A DNA stretch of 63,273 bases, filler included, from Choristocarpus tenellus KU-1152 (GCA_964200185.2; 12 parts of 12 records of this genome joined end to end with filler, not necessarily neighbours in it); one strand, 5' to 3'; shown: positions 37,014 to 50,935, counted from the whole stretch's first letter. Made by a program: numbers and translations. The notes: a model not told the origin generated them from the sequence alone.

Positions 37014-39754
37014 GTCCTCGTAGTTACGAGCAGTTGAGCTTTCGTGAGGGGGATCAGATCACTCTCAAGCGTCTTCCAACCAGCTCTAATGGTGAAGGGT
37101 GGGGTCTGGGAGAGCTCAATGGCAAGGTAAGATTGTGTTGACTAAGGGACTCGGGAAGTTGACGCAACTCCCTGTCATGGACGACCTTCGACAAGCCTCA
37201 TGACCTTCGCTTGCAAATAGTGCCAAATGCATCGAAAAAATTCGCGCAAATATGTCAACGTAACATGTGGTGAATTCCCATGTGTTGAAGGGGAAGCCTT
37301 TAATTCTCCTCTCCAAGATTTTGCGACTGGCATTGGTGCGGTAAATGCCATACCCTTGCAACCGTCTGTGCGATTTGCACCCTCGCATTTTTTTCAATGC
37401 GCCACCCCTCGTTACGGCCAACTTATTACAGCAACGTTACTCACCTCGAGTGATGCTCTAGTTATGATTGCTTTGAGAAGCACTTAGCGGGCGCATTGGC
37501 GGAAGTAGCTTTGCATTCCGATGAAGGCTGAACATTCTATCAAAGATTCTTCCCCAAATTGCTTCCCCACTTTGTTTCCCATCCCTCCCTCTCTAGGACG
37601 AAATTTACTCTATATTTAACCCTTGTGCTTCCTCTCAATCTTGCTTTGCCTCCTGAAGTCTGGGTGGTTCCCAGTAAACCATGTTGCCATATCAGACCAA
37701 GCACGTGCAGCGGTGTCCCTTGCTGACACTAACACAGCGCGAGTCATGCCCCAGGCTCAGATGCTACCCTCACAAGCTCCTGTGCTAATTCCAACAGTGG
37801 GAGGAGCCGGGGCAGGGGTAGCGGTGGGAGAGGACACAGTTCGTGCATTATTCAACTACAAGGCGGAGGTAACATAAGGGAATAAGTATATTGGGGTACA
37901 TAAGTTAGGAGAGGAGAATATTTAGGAGAAGGGAAGAAGGAGAAGGACTGGGCAGGATAGAGTATGATAGATGGGAGAGGTGATGAGATTTTGTACCTGA
38001 AAATTGGGTTTGATGCCTGTTAATATGGTGCAATATATCTAGGGCTGGGAGATGTAGGCATCTTAAATTCACACACTCCTGCTTTGTGACTGATTGATTG
38101 ATTGTAACATATTAGGTATCACACACTGCAAATAGTACAGTACAAATTGGATTTTGTTTTCTTTGTGAGCAATCCGATGTAATAAAAGCAGAGAGAGTGA
38201 TGACATCCAAAGAAATCCTATTCAAGGATTGTATATTAGTATTCCCACTGCTCACCTCCTTCATTACGGTTTTGGAACAAAGATTGTAGGCATTGAGCAT
38301 GCACAATACCAATGAGATTCGGCAGGTTTTGGCTGATGTTGCTCTCTCCTTGGTGCTAGGACATGATATCCATGGATAAGAGTGCTCGCCCCCATCCCCC
38401 CATCTTTCTCCCCAGAGTTCATTTTCCTGTGCTACCCTAGAGTTGAAGTAGACAGTACGAGAGGGGTGGATTAAAAAAAACCCAGCTTTTGTTTCCAGAA
38501 AAAGAGAAGACGCTTGAAAAATGGTGTTGATTATTGATAACCTTTGCAAACTGAGTGTACGTACAAATCTGATAAGATGAACTCCACACCTGTGGACTTG
38601 AGTGCTCTGAAAGTGTATGCCATCAAAGAGGCAGAGGGACACTTAGAACTCCCTGGTACCCCCCTCTTGGTTAGTCTGACTACTTGTTTGGACTTATGTA
38701 GATATTCTGTTGACCCCTGCCCTTCCTTGCTTTACATATTGGCTTATTTTATCATTCATCAGTACCTTGACCTCATTTGACCTCTTGCATGAACTGTTTA
38801 TATTGACCTCATCACTCTAATACACGTGCACACATGTAACTGAAGATGTGTATGTGCAAGAAAACTTAATTTTTATAAATCCATTCGCGCACACCTATAT
38901 ATATATATACATCTATGTAAATATAGTAAAAATATATATATACAAGGACACATGCTTTTAATATTACATGCATTTGTGACTGTTACAGGATACAGATGAG
39001 ATTGGCTTTTTTCGGGGAGACCTTATCAAGGTCTTGTCCAGGAATGGGGGATGGTGGCGTGGCACTGTGGGTGGGAAGACGGGACTGTGAGTGCCCTCTC
39101 TCTTTTATCTGTCTTGCTTGTCTTGCCTGTCTTATGTTTACATTGCAAGAAACTGGCAGTGTTTGCAGAGGCCTGTTTCCCTTCACATTACCTAGTACTA
39201 CATCACATTACCTAGTACTACATCAAATTACCTAGTACTACATCACATTACCTAGTACTACATCACATTACCTAGTACTACATCACATTACCTAGTACTA
39301 CATCACATTACCTAGTACTACATCACATTACCTAATACTACATCACATTACCTAGTACTACATCACATTACCTAGTACTACATCACATTACCTAGTACTA
39401 CATCACATTACCTAGTACTACATCACATTACCTAGTACTACATCACATTACCTAGTACTACATCACTAAACAGTTTCTTCTCGATGCCTTGAGGTTAGGG
39501 TTAGGGGTATGCATGTGTCGAATGGAGCTCTTTCAAAATGTTCTGAACGCCGCCATCGAAATGAGAATTAATTCTGGAGTGTAGTGTCATCGTTGTTTTA
39601 TTATGCTTTCTTTGTTTCATTCAAACATACGTATTTTTTAATTCTTTTTCTGATTGAGTGTGTAGAGGTAGGTGTGCTTCCAGAGATCCTTCTACTCAAG
39701 AAAGGTCAGAAGTACATTTGAGACACAGCCAGCTTGGGATCGAAAGTTGAGCTG

Positions 39755-39791
<37 letters not shown>

Positions 39792-41188
39792 GTAATAATA
39801 ATAGTAATAATAATAATAATAGTAATAATATATAATAATATATCCTGTCAGCCCTATCAATGCCTGTGACTGAGGAGGACTTATCTATTTTGATGCCCAC
39901 AATTGCCTCTTGGTTAGTGTCCTCGTGTGTGCAACCTTGGGTGGGATGGTCAACAAAGGATCATAGCAGGAGGCTTTGTTTTGCTTCTTGCCCTTTCAGG
40001 AAAAATACAATATAGGGTTGGAGTTCAGAGCTTTGATTTGATGGAACAGGACACACTGTGGATATCCATTGTTTTTTGTTCTTCTCAATGTAAAAGCGTC
40101 ACACTCAGTGAGATCACACTCAATCAGATCACACTCAATGGGATCACACCCAATGGGATCACACCCAATGAGATCACACCCAATGAGATCGCACCCAATG
40201 AGATACAGTCAATGAGGAGATGAGAAAAAGCTTTGCTCCTCTGATTACGTTATTATGAGGTAGCCAATGTAAGGTTTCTGTATACAGAGCAAGGAACCTA
40301 TATCTTGAGTCCAAAATATAATTACGTGTGTCCTTCAACTCAGAATGTGGATCTTTCCCCTGCCACCTCCCCCTTCCCCCCTCCCCCCCCGTGACTTTCC
40401 TAATTTCAAATCACTTTTGGAAGGTTCCCATCCAATTATGTAGAGAAGTACGTATCCACCACTGCTTCACCCCGAGGCCCTGCCCAAGCCACTGGATCCA
40501 ATTCCCCCAGACAGTCTCCCTTCAACACCTCCACTGGAGCTATCAGTGTGGCTCCAGCTGTGGCCGGGACGAGCTCTGTGGCCAACCCCAGCCCAGCAGG
40601 CCGGAGGAATTTCCCGTTGTCAACTAGCCCTAACACATCCTCTGCTGCAGCTGCAATCTCAAGCCTTGGATTCGAGTCAGGGACTACAGGGCTGGGAGTG
40701 GGACGTGCTTCAGGAACAGGGACAGGAGCAGGACAGGGAAAGGACTTGACAAGGGCCCGGGGGGTCTCAATGGGGGGACCTGGGGTGAGGCCACCGTCAG
40801 AGACAGCGGTCCAGCAGCTGGGTGTGGGGGGTAATACTTCGAGTCCACGGAGGAGTTCAATGGCAAGTGGCAATGTGTTTGGGTCATTGGCATTGTCGCA
40901 AGGGGCAGGGGGCGGGGCAAGTGGGGCGGGTGATGGGAGGAGGGTGTCTGTGACGGCGGGCCTTCCCCCTCCCCCGCCACCTCCGACCTCTGCGGCCACG
41001 ACTTCAGGACAAGGGCACAAGCCTCTCGCTGTCGTTGCAGCCAAGGGAAGTATGTCTACCGCCCCTGAGTTGGAGAAGCGTGGGATTGGACTTCCGGCGA
41101 CGCCGTCAGTGGGTGCAGTGGTGGTGGGGAGTGTGAAGAGTGCCTTCAGTGATGCTGGCGTGAGTCATGGTCCCACCCCCTCAAGGAG
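37014..41188 (+). CDS. Tandem SH3-domain protein with Pro/Gly-rich region, partial: exons 37014-37126, 37659-37868, 38989-39086, 40424-41188
   Basis: SH3-1: EQLSFREGDQITL...GWGLGELNGK|SGWFPVNHV. SH3-2: VRALFNYKAE|DTDEIGFFRGDLIKVLSRNGGWWRGTVGGKTGL|FPSNYVE. Exon phases are consistent. Confidence 0.92.
39183..39466 (+). repeat. 20-bp minisatellite (CATCACATTACCTAGTACTA) x about 14, intronic
   Basis: Exact 20-bp periodicity with only about 2 substitutions. Confidence 0.97.
39756..39842 (+). repeat. (TAA)n microsatellite
   Basis: Read directly. Confidence 0.95.
40099..40215 (+). repeat. 15-bp tandem repeat (GAGATCACACCCAAT) x about 7, intronic
   Basis: Read directly. Confidence 0.9.
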
Positions 41189-41202
41189 GTGAGTGCTATT
41201 TC

Positions 41203-41241
<39 letters not shown>

Positions 41242-41873
41242 GTACACCTTGACCCNNNNNNNNNNNNNNNNNNNNNNNNNNNNNNNNNNNNNNNNNNNNT
41301 TAATTAATTAANNNNNNNNNNNNNNNNNNNNNNNNNNNNNNNNNNNNNNNNNNNNCCCCCAGATACTTTGAGCGCAACCCAGCCTCACCGTGCCTTGTAT
41401 TATTACATCAACATGCCCTTGATACCAAAATGGACATCCACAACTGAAGGAGGAACCTCGACGTGCTTACCCAATAATTTGAAGAAGGCTAAGAAAAAAC
41501 GTATAGGAGGTGTTGCATGGCAACCAAATTCTTATTTATTGACATCGCACACAGTTACAGAATAGGTGGTACAAAAAAAAAGAAGCAGGCAATTCCACTC
41601 AGCGTGTTTTTTTTTCTTTGTTTCCATAACGTTTCCTCTGCCTCCCAAACCTTTAATATAACAATGAAATGAATTGTTGGTGTTGTAATGCTGGTAGTCT
41701 TGATCTTGACATAAAGCAAAGTGTTCTATCTACCCTTTTCTAGGGTGGTTGCAATCCTCTGATTCGTTACAAAATATTACGACATGGACTTTGCTAGATG
41801 CATACAAATACATGAAAGTATCCTTGCACTGAAGGTTATGTGAACAGGTGGTTGTCCCAGAGCCCATGCCCAC

Positions 41874-44800
41874 CTCTTCAACAGCTTCACGGTCTTTCTT
41901 CCTCTCTTCCAACTTTTCTTGGAGCAAATGTCTCTGATCGGCCTCAAGTGCTGCTCTTCTCTCCAAGAGTTCTTCCTCCATCCTCTTTCTGAGCTCTATC
42001 TGCTGGGGCATTGATTGTATTTGATACATTGGAGCGGTGTGGGGAAAGGGCCAGGGAGGGGGGGAAGAAAAACTCAACCAAGCCTAACAAAGGCCGTTCT
42101 AGTGGAAACCATACCAACTTGCTGCTCAGTCATTACATCATCCTTCACCAATAGGTGAAAGGCTTTCTTTGTGACTGAGCCAGAGCATTTAAGAGGGGTA
42201 GGGTTACATCCGTTTGGGGTCCAAAATCCAATGTTGCAATTTTTATGTCATTTTGCTAAGGTGTTTGTTAGCAAGTGTCAATATCCTTGCTCTGGATACA
42301 CCTTTCATAGTTGTAGTCTGAAATGTTTCGGAGTAGGCAACTGTGCTCACACAGAAAACCGGAAAAGGGCATAAAAAACCCGTGGGAAGTCAAGTCCAAA
42401 AAGCATAAACAGGGCAAAACTCCTACCCTCTTAAATGCTTTGGCTCCGCTACCCATTTGAACCCTTCGTTTAGATCAGTATAGCTGTCATAGAAGCAGAT
42501 CTTTAGATAGGCATAACTGCCATCAGAAAAATCGCTCCCAAAGAAGCAGATCTATAGATAGGCATAACTGCCATGAGAAAAATTGCACTCAAAAACAAAT
42601 GTCCATACATCCTAGAACAGCACAACCGCTGGCCGTTCAAAAACCAGCACTTTTTCGAAGGCTTTTTTTTGTAAGGAGAGGTCCAGCAGGTCATGCAGCA
42701 TGTCTACTCCCCAGAAAGCACTCAGAATTGACCAAAATAAACCCAGTCATCCAACAGCAATTGTTTTGAGGTTCAAAGTATCTGGGGGGGGGGGGGGTCT
42801 ACACCAGGGTGTCCATTCTGGCCCTGACCAGGAGAAGTCCACTTACATCATCCATCCGATGCATGCAACCAAATCACCTAAATATTGCAACATGGAAAAA
42901 AAAGTGCCCAAAATTGACAGCTGCCACACCCCCGTCCTAGATACTTTGAGCCTTGAGAGGTTCTCCATTCTCACGCCCATTCAATTCAATTCCCCCATAT
43001 CGTGGTACATGCCTTTCTTTAGATCTATTGACGCCAGTGGGAACATCTTGGCCGCGCATGCCCATCGTGGTTGTAGGCATGTGTATATCTCAACTTTGGA
43101 GGATGTTTGCGTCGTAGGCACGGTCAACATCCCTTTCCTTGGGCCGCATCTAATAGAATGGAAAAAGACAACTTTGTCCTCGAACATCGCGCACGCGGGC
43201 ATATGGCACGATTTTCTCAGGCTATAGGTGCTTGATTTATATCAGGGAGCAAACCCCTATGCATGGGCATGTAAATGGTCGACATATCCGCACAGTCGTT
43301 CCCAAAGTAATTTTTCCCATTTTTTGGGGGGGGATATGCAACGTATGCCAGCATAAAGCAATATTTAGAAAATTATACATCTCAGCTTCTTAGATGTTGC
43401 TGCCACACATGCGTAGATTCATGGAAATAGGAAAATTCGTCTTCTGAAAGACCTTTTTTGGATGTGGCGTACATACTTCTTCCCTGATGCCGACTCAAAA
43501 GCCAGAACACAAATCGGTCAAGTACAATCCAAGAAAAATAGGACTATATGCCAATATTAATGATTTTCGTGACAAGATTTTGGTTGTTTTAGTAGACCAC
43601 CTGGAGTTCCCCGCCCCCCATATTTGTAGTACCATCCTTTTGTTGTTTTTTTGGCCCTGTGTAACCGTCCTGTGTAATAACCGTCTGCTCATTCTTTGAT
43701 TTGCAACTCAATGATGTGTCGAGAACCTTGTTGCTCATGACAAGACTGATATCCTCAAATGAGAAATACAGGTTGGAGAATATTGAGCGTTAAAAACACA
43801 AAGTCATAGACTGTTTGAGTTAAGTTTTGAGAGATAATGAATCCAACTCCCACTCACAACAAACCATGTATGTGGAAAAAAAATGTTCCCTCTGCTGAAT
43901 ATAAACAAAGTGCTCCTCTTTTGGAGAATGGATGGTATTTAAGGTGCATAATTTGTCGTTATCAACCAATAATATCAAGAGTCTACCGGAGGAATTCACT
44001 TTAAAACAACCTCCCCAAGCTTCAGTGTTGGCATTGTTGGTTGTCCTATGTCACTGCTTGTAGTAACACCTGTATGTCGTTTTGTAGCCTCTGTCTGATC
44101 TCGAGCTGTAGTCGCTCCACATCCATGGGGTTCCAGGCTGCCTCCTGGGAGTGTTTAATATTGCCTCCCATATTGTTCACCGACTGATGTGATATTTCAA
44201 GATCCTTTTGGTTTTCTTCTTCATGCTGCGGTCCTAAGGAAGATTCAGATGATCTCTTGCTGGAGGTGGTGATATTGTGCCCGTGGCGGTTGGTACCAGT
44301 TGGAATATCGAAGGAGGGTAATGAAGACACCGGGCTCGGATTGTTGGCACAATGGGGCTTGAAGAAAGAATTTTCTTCTGGTAGAGTTGAATCTTGGATG
44401 GCCGTGATTGGAGTAGAAGCAGTGGATCCTTGGCTGGTACTCACCACTGCCCTGTAGTCCGGTGAAAAGGATACGAGGGAAGTGCAAAAGTCAGTCTGGT
44501 GAGTGTTCCAGAATTGAGATGGGAGTCACTCAACAGCCACTTTTAGTGCAATGGTGATTGAATCAGAGACCATGTCACGAGTTGGTTTGTGACCTCCCGG
44601 GAAAAAAGTGAGGGGGAAGAGAAGAAAGGCTCAAATGTTGCCATGGTGTTTCCCATCTCCGCCCAGAAGCACATGAACACGACTAGGACCAGTTATATGT
44701 CGTGAGTTTAATGTTGATTGTAGGATTAGCGAACGTGGAGGCTTCTAGTGAGAGCACACTACACATGAAGGTGATAAGAGTCTAACATCAACAGAGACTA

Positions 44801-47800
44801 AAGGACAATAAGGTCAGAGACTTGGAAAGCTTCACCAGGAACAGGGTGGTCTTAGACAATTATAGCAAGGAAAATGGCGACATGATTTGAGGTCGTTAGC
44901 CAATTTGTCAACAATTTGCTGCGAATTTGAGACTTCTATGTGATATGGATAGGTGGTTAGGAGGGAGTAATAAATCTGCGGGATGATTATGATTGATTGA
45001 ATCCATAATATATTTGTCTACTCTTGAGAAAGTTGAACACTACACAAGCAAACTTTATCAATACAATAGATAAGAGTTTAGACACTATGAAATTGCCCTA
45101 CAAGTAGTCGAAAATGGGGAATTGAAGGCCGTGTATGTTGTTGCATGGACAGGAGTGAATGTCAACGAGATCTCTTCTGCTAGCAACGAGCAATGGTCCG
45201 CAATAGGAAGTAGATATTGAACCACATCTAATGTATACTCTAGCTCAGCAAAGCTTCACCTTGAGGGGCTCTTTCCTGAAGAAGCCTTTCTCTGCTGATG
45301 CTGGTGAGGTTGAGATAAGCTGGGCCTGGCCACCTGCATACTGCACTCCATGGAGACAAGAAATAGTTGAAAGGGGTGAAGTTTCTGGAGAATGCATGTA
45401 AAGGATGCACTCTTTCGAAAACGTACAATATATCTCTCGTATGCAAGGAGCAATGGCAGCATTAGGTGATATTGAGAGGAAACTCAATTTGAAAGTATTG
45501 ATCGTCCTGTAGTGGTAACTATCGATTTTCTCAGTGACCACTACCCACCTTCACACACTTGAGCAATTTAAGCGAAAGAATTCTGAACAGTTCCAACAAT
45601 TGGCTTGTCACAATGCAGATCTCATTATCACATCTTAAACATATGCCTAGCGTACACTATAGGCAGTCATCTCTTAGACCAAAATTACAAAGAAAGGTGT
45701 TCTGCCAAGGGTATGAGGGTTCAACACTTAGAAGTCATTTCCAGGGTTTCAGGACTCAATAATTCACCATCTTAGAGGAAGACTTTCTAAATATACACAA
45801 AACATATTTTTATCCAGTGAAGAGGCCAAGGGTGGGGAAAGGAAGGAACACCTTTCCCTAATACCTGCTTCTAAGGCCCTTAAGAGGAGATGACAACGAG
45901 GACCTTGCTGCTGCATTTCTTGCCCTTTTCAGCGATTGATTTGATGTGCGACTTCCTTGGCCCCGCCCTGCTCTGGATCCGTTTATACCCTCTCGCACAA
46001 TGTTCTTGCCCTGAAGCAATGGAGGAATTGTTTCCTTCACCTTGTCCTTTGTGGGATGTATCTCATGCTCGATGTTGTTGTCAGTTAGATGCATCAATGT
46101 TGAGGGGGCTGCTACGATGTCTGAGGTGACAGAGACAGACGCGGTGGTGGATAAGACACCCATAGTTTTTGTGCCTGCTGTTGCTTCTTCTGCAACGTCT
46201 ATAGCAGTGCCAGGGCGCGAGAGGGCAAGGAGATCGTCAGCAGCAGCCTGGCCACTGTATTCAATGGATCCAACCCGGGCAATGTGATGAGCCCTTTCCC
46301 GCTTAGCTCTTGCAACCCTGACCTGACCCTGAATCTTGGTGGCTGCTGCATCTTTCTCCTGGATTAAGTAGGTTGATTGCAACTGTTGGTCTCTGTAGTG
46401 ACTGTTTATCTACTCCCACGGAGGTGATTGCTTGGTCTACAAAGGAAATATCCTACATAGTTGATTGATCTGCACATGACTGAATCAATTCTACATGGTG
46501 AGTGATCTTGTTTGATTGACAGGTGAAAAAAACAAAAACATATTATGACAAGAATTCAAGAGTCGATACATGAACTATGAGCCAAAGTGTCTTAGGGGGT
46601 AGATCCGCGTCCATTTGGGGGCCAAAATCCAATGTTGCGATTTGGATGTATTTTTGGCTATTGTGTATGTTAGGAAGTGTCAATAACCATGTTCCGCACA
46701 CACGTTTTCGCAACTTGAACATTTAAACTACTCCTAAGCATAGGAGTAGCAAAACATCATAAAAAACCCCTTGAGAAGCCAAGCCCAAAATGGACAAACA
46801 GGGCAGAATTCGTACCCTCTAAGATACTTTCACTCCTATGCAACATAGTGACCGCTTGGGATTTTACAACTTTGATACATACTATTGTGCTTCTCTTCCT
46901 GCTTTCGTATTCGGTCGATTTTGCTTCTCTCTGCAACCTGTCAACCAACCAACCACCCAGTGAAGTGATGTCTCACTTTATAGAGTATCTTCACATAATC
47001 AAGCCAGTCAACGCACAATTGTTTTAGTGACCCTTGCGAATATTTGCAAGAGCACCACTAACTTGTGTGCTTCCTATGCCCCACCTACCTTTCGCTTCCG
47101 CCGGTTGGAGTTCCTAACATTCCTCTTGTGCTTCTCCTCTCGCAAATGTGAAGCCTTCCCTCGAGCTATCCTGCCTCTGATGACAGCCTGGATGGTAGTT
47201 GCTGCGGCCTCATCGCCTACCGCCTCACCAGCATCATTCTTGTCTCGTCCGATATGCTTTGCAATGCTATTATCAACTTTGTCACTGTGTCCTGCCCCCA
47301 CTGTCAATGGTGATTTAGCTAGTGGTACTGAATAAAGATTGGGATCTTTCTCCTCTACGCATACCCCCCACACTTCTTCTGCTCTCTGGAGGTTTTCATT
47401 TCGAAGTTGTTTTCGACGAGAAGCTTCCCTCCTTGCAGCTCGGCCTCGGCAACCAGCCTAGGGTGAGCAGGGATTTGCATGATGCCCTTGGGATCACAAA
47501 TCTTGCTAATCAATCTCAACATTCCCTATGAATAATAGCTCAGCAGAAAATATACTACTACAGTTAGGGAGAGCTGTTAGGGGAGTTGATGGGAAGTGCT
47601 GATTTACCACAATATACTGATATATGAAACAGCCTTTCTGTTACACACACCTGTATCTTTATTGCAGCATCAACCACTGCAGGATCAATATGGAAGAAAC
47701 TGTCCACCTCCCCCTCCCCCTCCTTCTCCCCCAGCTGAACGTGCCCATGCCCTTGGTGCTGACCATTACCCTCTCCTTTTGAATCCTCATCTTCCATCAT

Positions 47801-48133
47801 GAACCTGGGGTTGCCCTTATCTTGGGATACCTCAGCGAAGGAATTCACTTTCCCACCTCTGTCTCCCTCCCCTACTGTGACAGCATCGGTTGAACAGAGC
47901 ACTCCAGCATAGCCAATATTGTCAACCTCTTTGGGAGTAGAGGGTAAGTCGACTTGGGAGTGTACTGCTGAGGTAGTGTGACTTGTCAATATGGGGGAAG
48001 AGACAGGGTCAGGGACTGAGGCAGCAATAGGATGGGTGTCCTGAAGTTGTAACGTTTGGGAATGGAGATGAGCACGGCACTGTCCCCCTCGAGTAACTCT
48101 TTGAATATTGGTTGCAGCATGACCCTCCTTGTC
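41874..48133 (-). CDS. Multi-IQ-motif (calmodulin-binding) protein with C-terminal coiled coil, partial: exons 47651-48133, 47089-47457, 45865-46358, 44070-44451, 41874-42002
   Basis: Four IQ motifs: AATNIQRVTRGGQCR, AAIKIQ|AGCRGRAAR (split by an intron), AATTIQAVIRGRIAR, AATKIQGQVRVARAK. Phase-compatible GT-AG exons. Confidence 0.85.
42177..42446 (+). mobile_element. MITE family B, diverged copy
   Basis: Internal homology to the other B copies; ends GAGCCAGAGCATTTAAGAGGGGTAGG...CCTACCCTCTTAAATGCTTTGGCTC. Confidence 0.85.
42492..42590 (+). repeat. About 51-bp tandem duplication
   Basis: agaagcagatct.tagataggcataactgccat.agaaaaat occurs twice. Confidence 0.9.
42770..42952. mobile_element. 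MITE family A, full copy, TSD TTGA
   Basis: TTGA|GGTTCAAAGTATCT...AGATACTTTGAGCC|TTGA. Confidence 0.92.
46579..46835 (+). mobile_element. MITE family B, TSD CTAT
   Basis: CTAT|GAGCCAAAGTGTC...GATACTTTCACTC|CTAT. Confidence 0.92.
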
Positions 48134-48262
48134 CTGCATAGAGGCAGAGAGAGGTGTTCCAGGTATATCATGTCAATTTTTTTTTGTGTGAATGGCTGTA
48201 GGTAAGGGTGCACTGACCACATTTGGCAACTGCAGAGAAAATTATATATATACCAAAATTTA

Positions 48263-48312
48263 GAGCCAAAGTACCTTAGAGGGTAGAGCCGTGTCCATTT
48301 GGGGTCAAAATC
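48263..48312 (+). mobile_element. MITE family B fragment at contig end
   Basis: GAGCCAAAGTACCTTAGAGGGTAGAGCC. Confidence 0.88.
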
Positions 48313-49899
48313 NNNNNNNNNNNNNNNNNNNNNNNNNNNNNNNNNNNNNNNNNNNNTTAATTAATTAANNNNNNNNNNNNNNNNNNNNNNNNNNNNNNNN
48401 NNNNNNNNNNNNTTTGAGTCCAGAGTTTTGGGCCAAAGGCGTGCCCCCCTGGTTGGCCGCCCCCCCCCCCCCAATACTTTGGGTAATATTGTATGGGAGT
48501 ATACGAATAACACTCTTCATTATTATCGTCATACACTTCAGTGTATGTGCTACGACCTAGTATGTATTTTGAAGTATGATATTTTCATTGCTTCAAACTG
48601 AAGGGATCACACTCTTATTGGAGTCGATTCATATATTTCCTTAGGAATTCATTTTGTCTGAAAACCTGATTGTATGGATAACGTGATTGCTTCAAACATC
48701 AATCAAAATAGATTGGAGATCTATTCCAGGACCACACATGTGCCTTACTGCAACCATAACCTGTGTAAGGAATGCTGAAGCCTTACGAAGAAATGATCTT
48801 GGCCACATTTTCCTAATCGTAAAATTAATTACTCCTTTTCTCGATTGGCACTAACGCCAGAGTATTATGGGTGATTACTTGCACACCACAATATTAAGCC
48901 TTTAATGTGTGTAACTACAGACGATGTCCCTTTTTTTAATGTCAGTGGACAATAAATATAATACTGAAATATATATAATAAGAATATAAAACGGAATATA
49001 CGAGTATACGCCAGGAATTTCGTTTTTTTACCGAGAGGTAGTCGAATAGACCAATGAGATGTCTGTCTCAGGAAATTAGATTTTTCCCTCCCCATAATAC
49101 AAAATATGAAAGATTACTGGGAAGGGAAATTCCCACTTGCCCCATTTTCACAAGTAGTCCCATGGTCACCATACCACACGCTCACTCCTATTGGAGATGA
49201 AGCTACTTCAATATTGCAACGAAAATACCCTAGATTACGTTCTTACTCGAATGGTGTGAAAACATGTGTTAGGTAAGTGTGTACTGGGAAAAAATTGAAC
49301 AGATTTCAGGAATATGCCGATAACTACAAGTAAGAATATAGTGTTGGGCTCTCCATATATATCTCGTCCACAGGGCGTAACTGACTCATGGTAAGGAGTT
49401 CTGCAATTGGTGAGCACAATATATGTATGAGTATACTTGGTGCTTCCTACCAAGCAACAAAACAATCCTTCCTTGTGGATTTTGGGAAGGGCGCAAAACC
49501 CTTGATATTGCATTGAGAAAAATTAGTATACTCTGGGGTTGCTCTCGGTAGATTGTGGGAGGTGTATAACAACCTGCCCCTCAGCATCCTTATCGTGCTC
49601 GCAAACAAGCAGTTACTGTATGGTTGATGATGAATAATTTTATTGTGATATCAACCATGGTAGATTTTTTCACCACATCTCAAACCAAGATCTTTTACAC
49701 ACCTTATTTCCCAAGCAAGAATTGTACTGTGAGCGATGTATTAGAATAGCAGACTAAGCATACTCCCATAGTTGATCCTATCGCACAACAACAGTTATGC
49801 TGGCAGAATATCACGGCATACTTTATTGATAAACATAATAGAATTGTAGGTACTAATCTTTTACTATGCAACGGATCGCAGATGGAAAGAAAATGCAGA

Positions 49900-49968
49900 A
49901 GAATGAACGAATGATTGAATGAACGAACGAACGAATGAATGAATGAATGAATGAATGAATGAATGAAT
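49900..49968 (+). repeat. (GAAT/GAAC)n microsatellite
   Basis: Read directly. Confidence 0.9.
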
Positions 49969-50144
49969 GTTTTAATTGTGTAAGTGTGAGGCCCCGGTAC
50001 GCCGCTAACAGACTCAAGGAGGGTGTACTGTGAGTGAAGGTGGAGGGATCACAAAAATTCCTGATGCTTGTATGAACAGTTTGGTCAACCGGACGGGGGA
50101 TGTTCAGCGCAACGGTAGACATCACCGAAGTGTTTTTGTTTTTT

Positions 50145-50402
50145 GAGTGAAAGTATCTTAGAGGGTGCGAGTTTTGCCCTGTTTGTCCGCTTAGGGTTTG
50201 ACTTCCCAAGGGATTCTTATGATATAGTACCTACTTCGAAGTGTTTCAGAGTAGGTAGAATGTTTTAGTTATGAAAAGGTCTGTCCGAAAAAAGGATACT
50301 GACACTTCCTAACGAGTATGATAGCCAAAATTACAACAAAATCGCAACATTGGATTTTGGACCAAAAAGGACGCTGCTCTACCCTCTAAGATACTTTGAC
50401 CC
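50145..50402 (-). mobile_element. MITE family B, reverse orientation
   Basis: GAGTGAAAGTATCTTAGAGGG...CCCTCTAAGATACTTTGACCC. Confidence 0.88.
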
Positions 50403-50799
50403 TTGCCAACGATTCATCATATGCTACATAGTATCATATTGCTATATTATGGTTACGCTCATTGCAGGCAAATATTCAACCAAAAATGATCGCTCAGAGA
50501 CCTTAAAGTATGATTCATATAAATACCCTACCTCGACTTAGTTGTTGTGTAGGATGCTGACTGACACAAAAAAATGTACCTCAAGAATCCAAAAGTAAAG
50601 ATGAAGGGGAGATCAAAAACAGAATCCCCAATACCAATATTATTAGTGTTGCAATATATACAAGGAACTATAAATCCCTATATCTCATTGATTCAAAATG
50701 TAGTCTGAAGTGTATAATCACCCTCTCCTTAGCAACAACCACAACCCTGACGTTGAAGTACCCTCCAAAGTTGGTTCTACAACCAACGAACCAAACACT

Positions 50800-50935
50800 G
50801 GTTCAAAGTATCTGGGGGGGTGGCAGCTGTCCATTTGGGGTCAATTTTTTCATGTCGCGATCTTTGGGTGATTTGGTTGCATACGTCGAACGGATAATGT
50901 AAGTGTACTTTTCCTGGTTTTGGTCCAAATGGACA
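50800..50935. mobile_element. MITE family A fragment at contig end
   Basis: Colinear with 2933-3075. Confidence 0.9.

Noticed and set aside
39183-39466. CRISPR-like array
   Set aside because: Contiguous identical units with no unique spacers, inside a eukaryotic intron, and no cas genes.
45260-45333. Extra exon of the IQ-motif gene
   Set aside because: Splice sites look good, but 74 bp breaks the phase; the flanking exons join in frame without it. Left out pending cDNA.
47330-47530. Apparent frameshift in the IQ gene at a G6 run
   Set aside because: Using the acceptor at 47458-47459 gives an open frame that completes the IQ motif (IQ|AGCRGRAAR).
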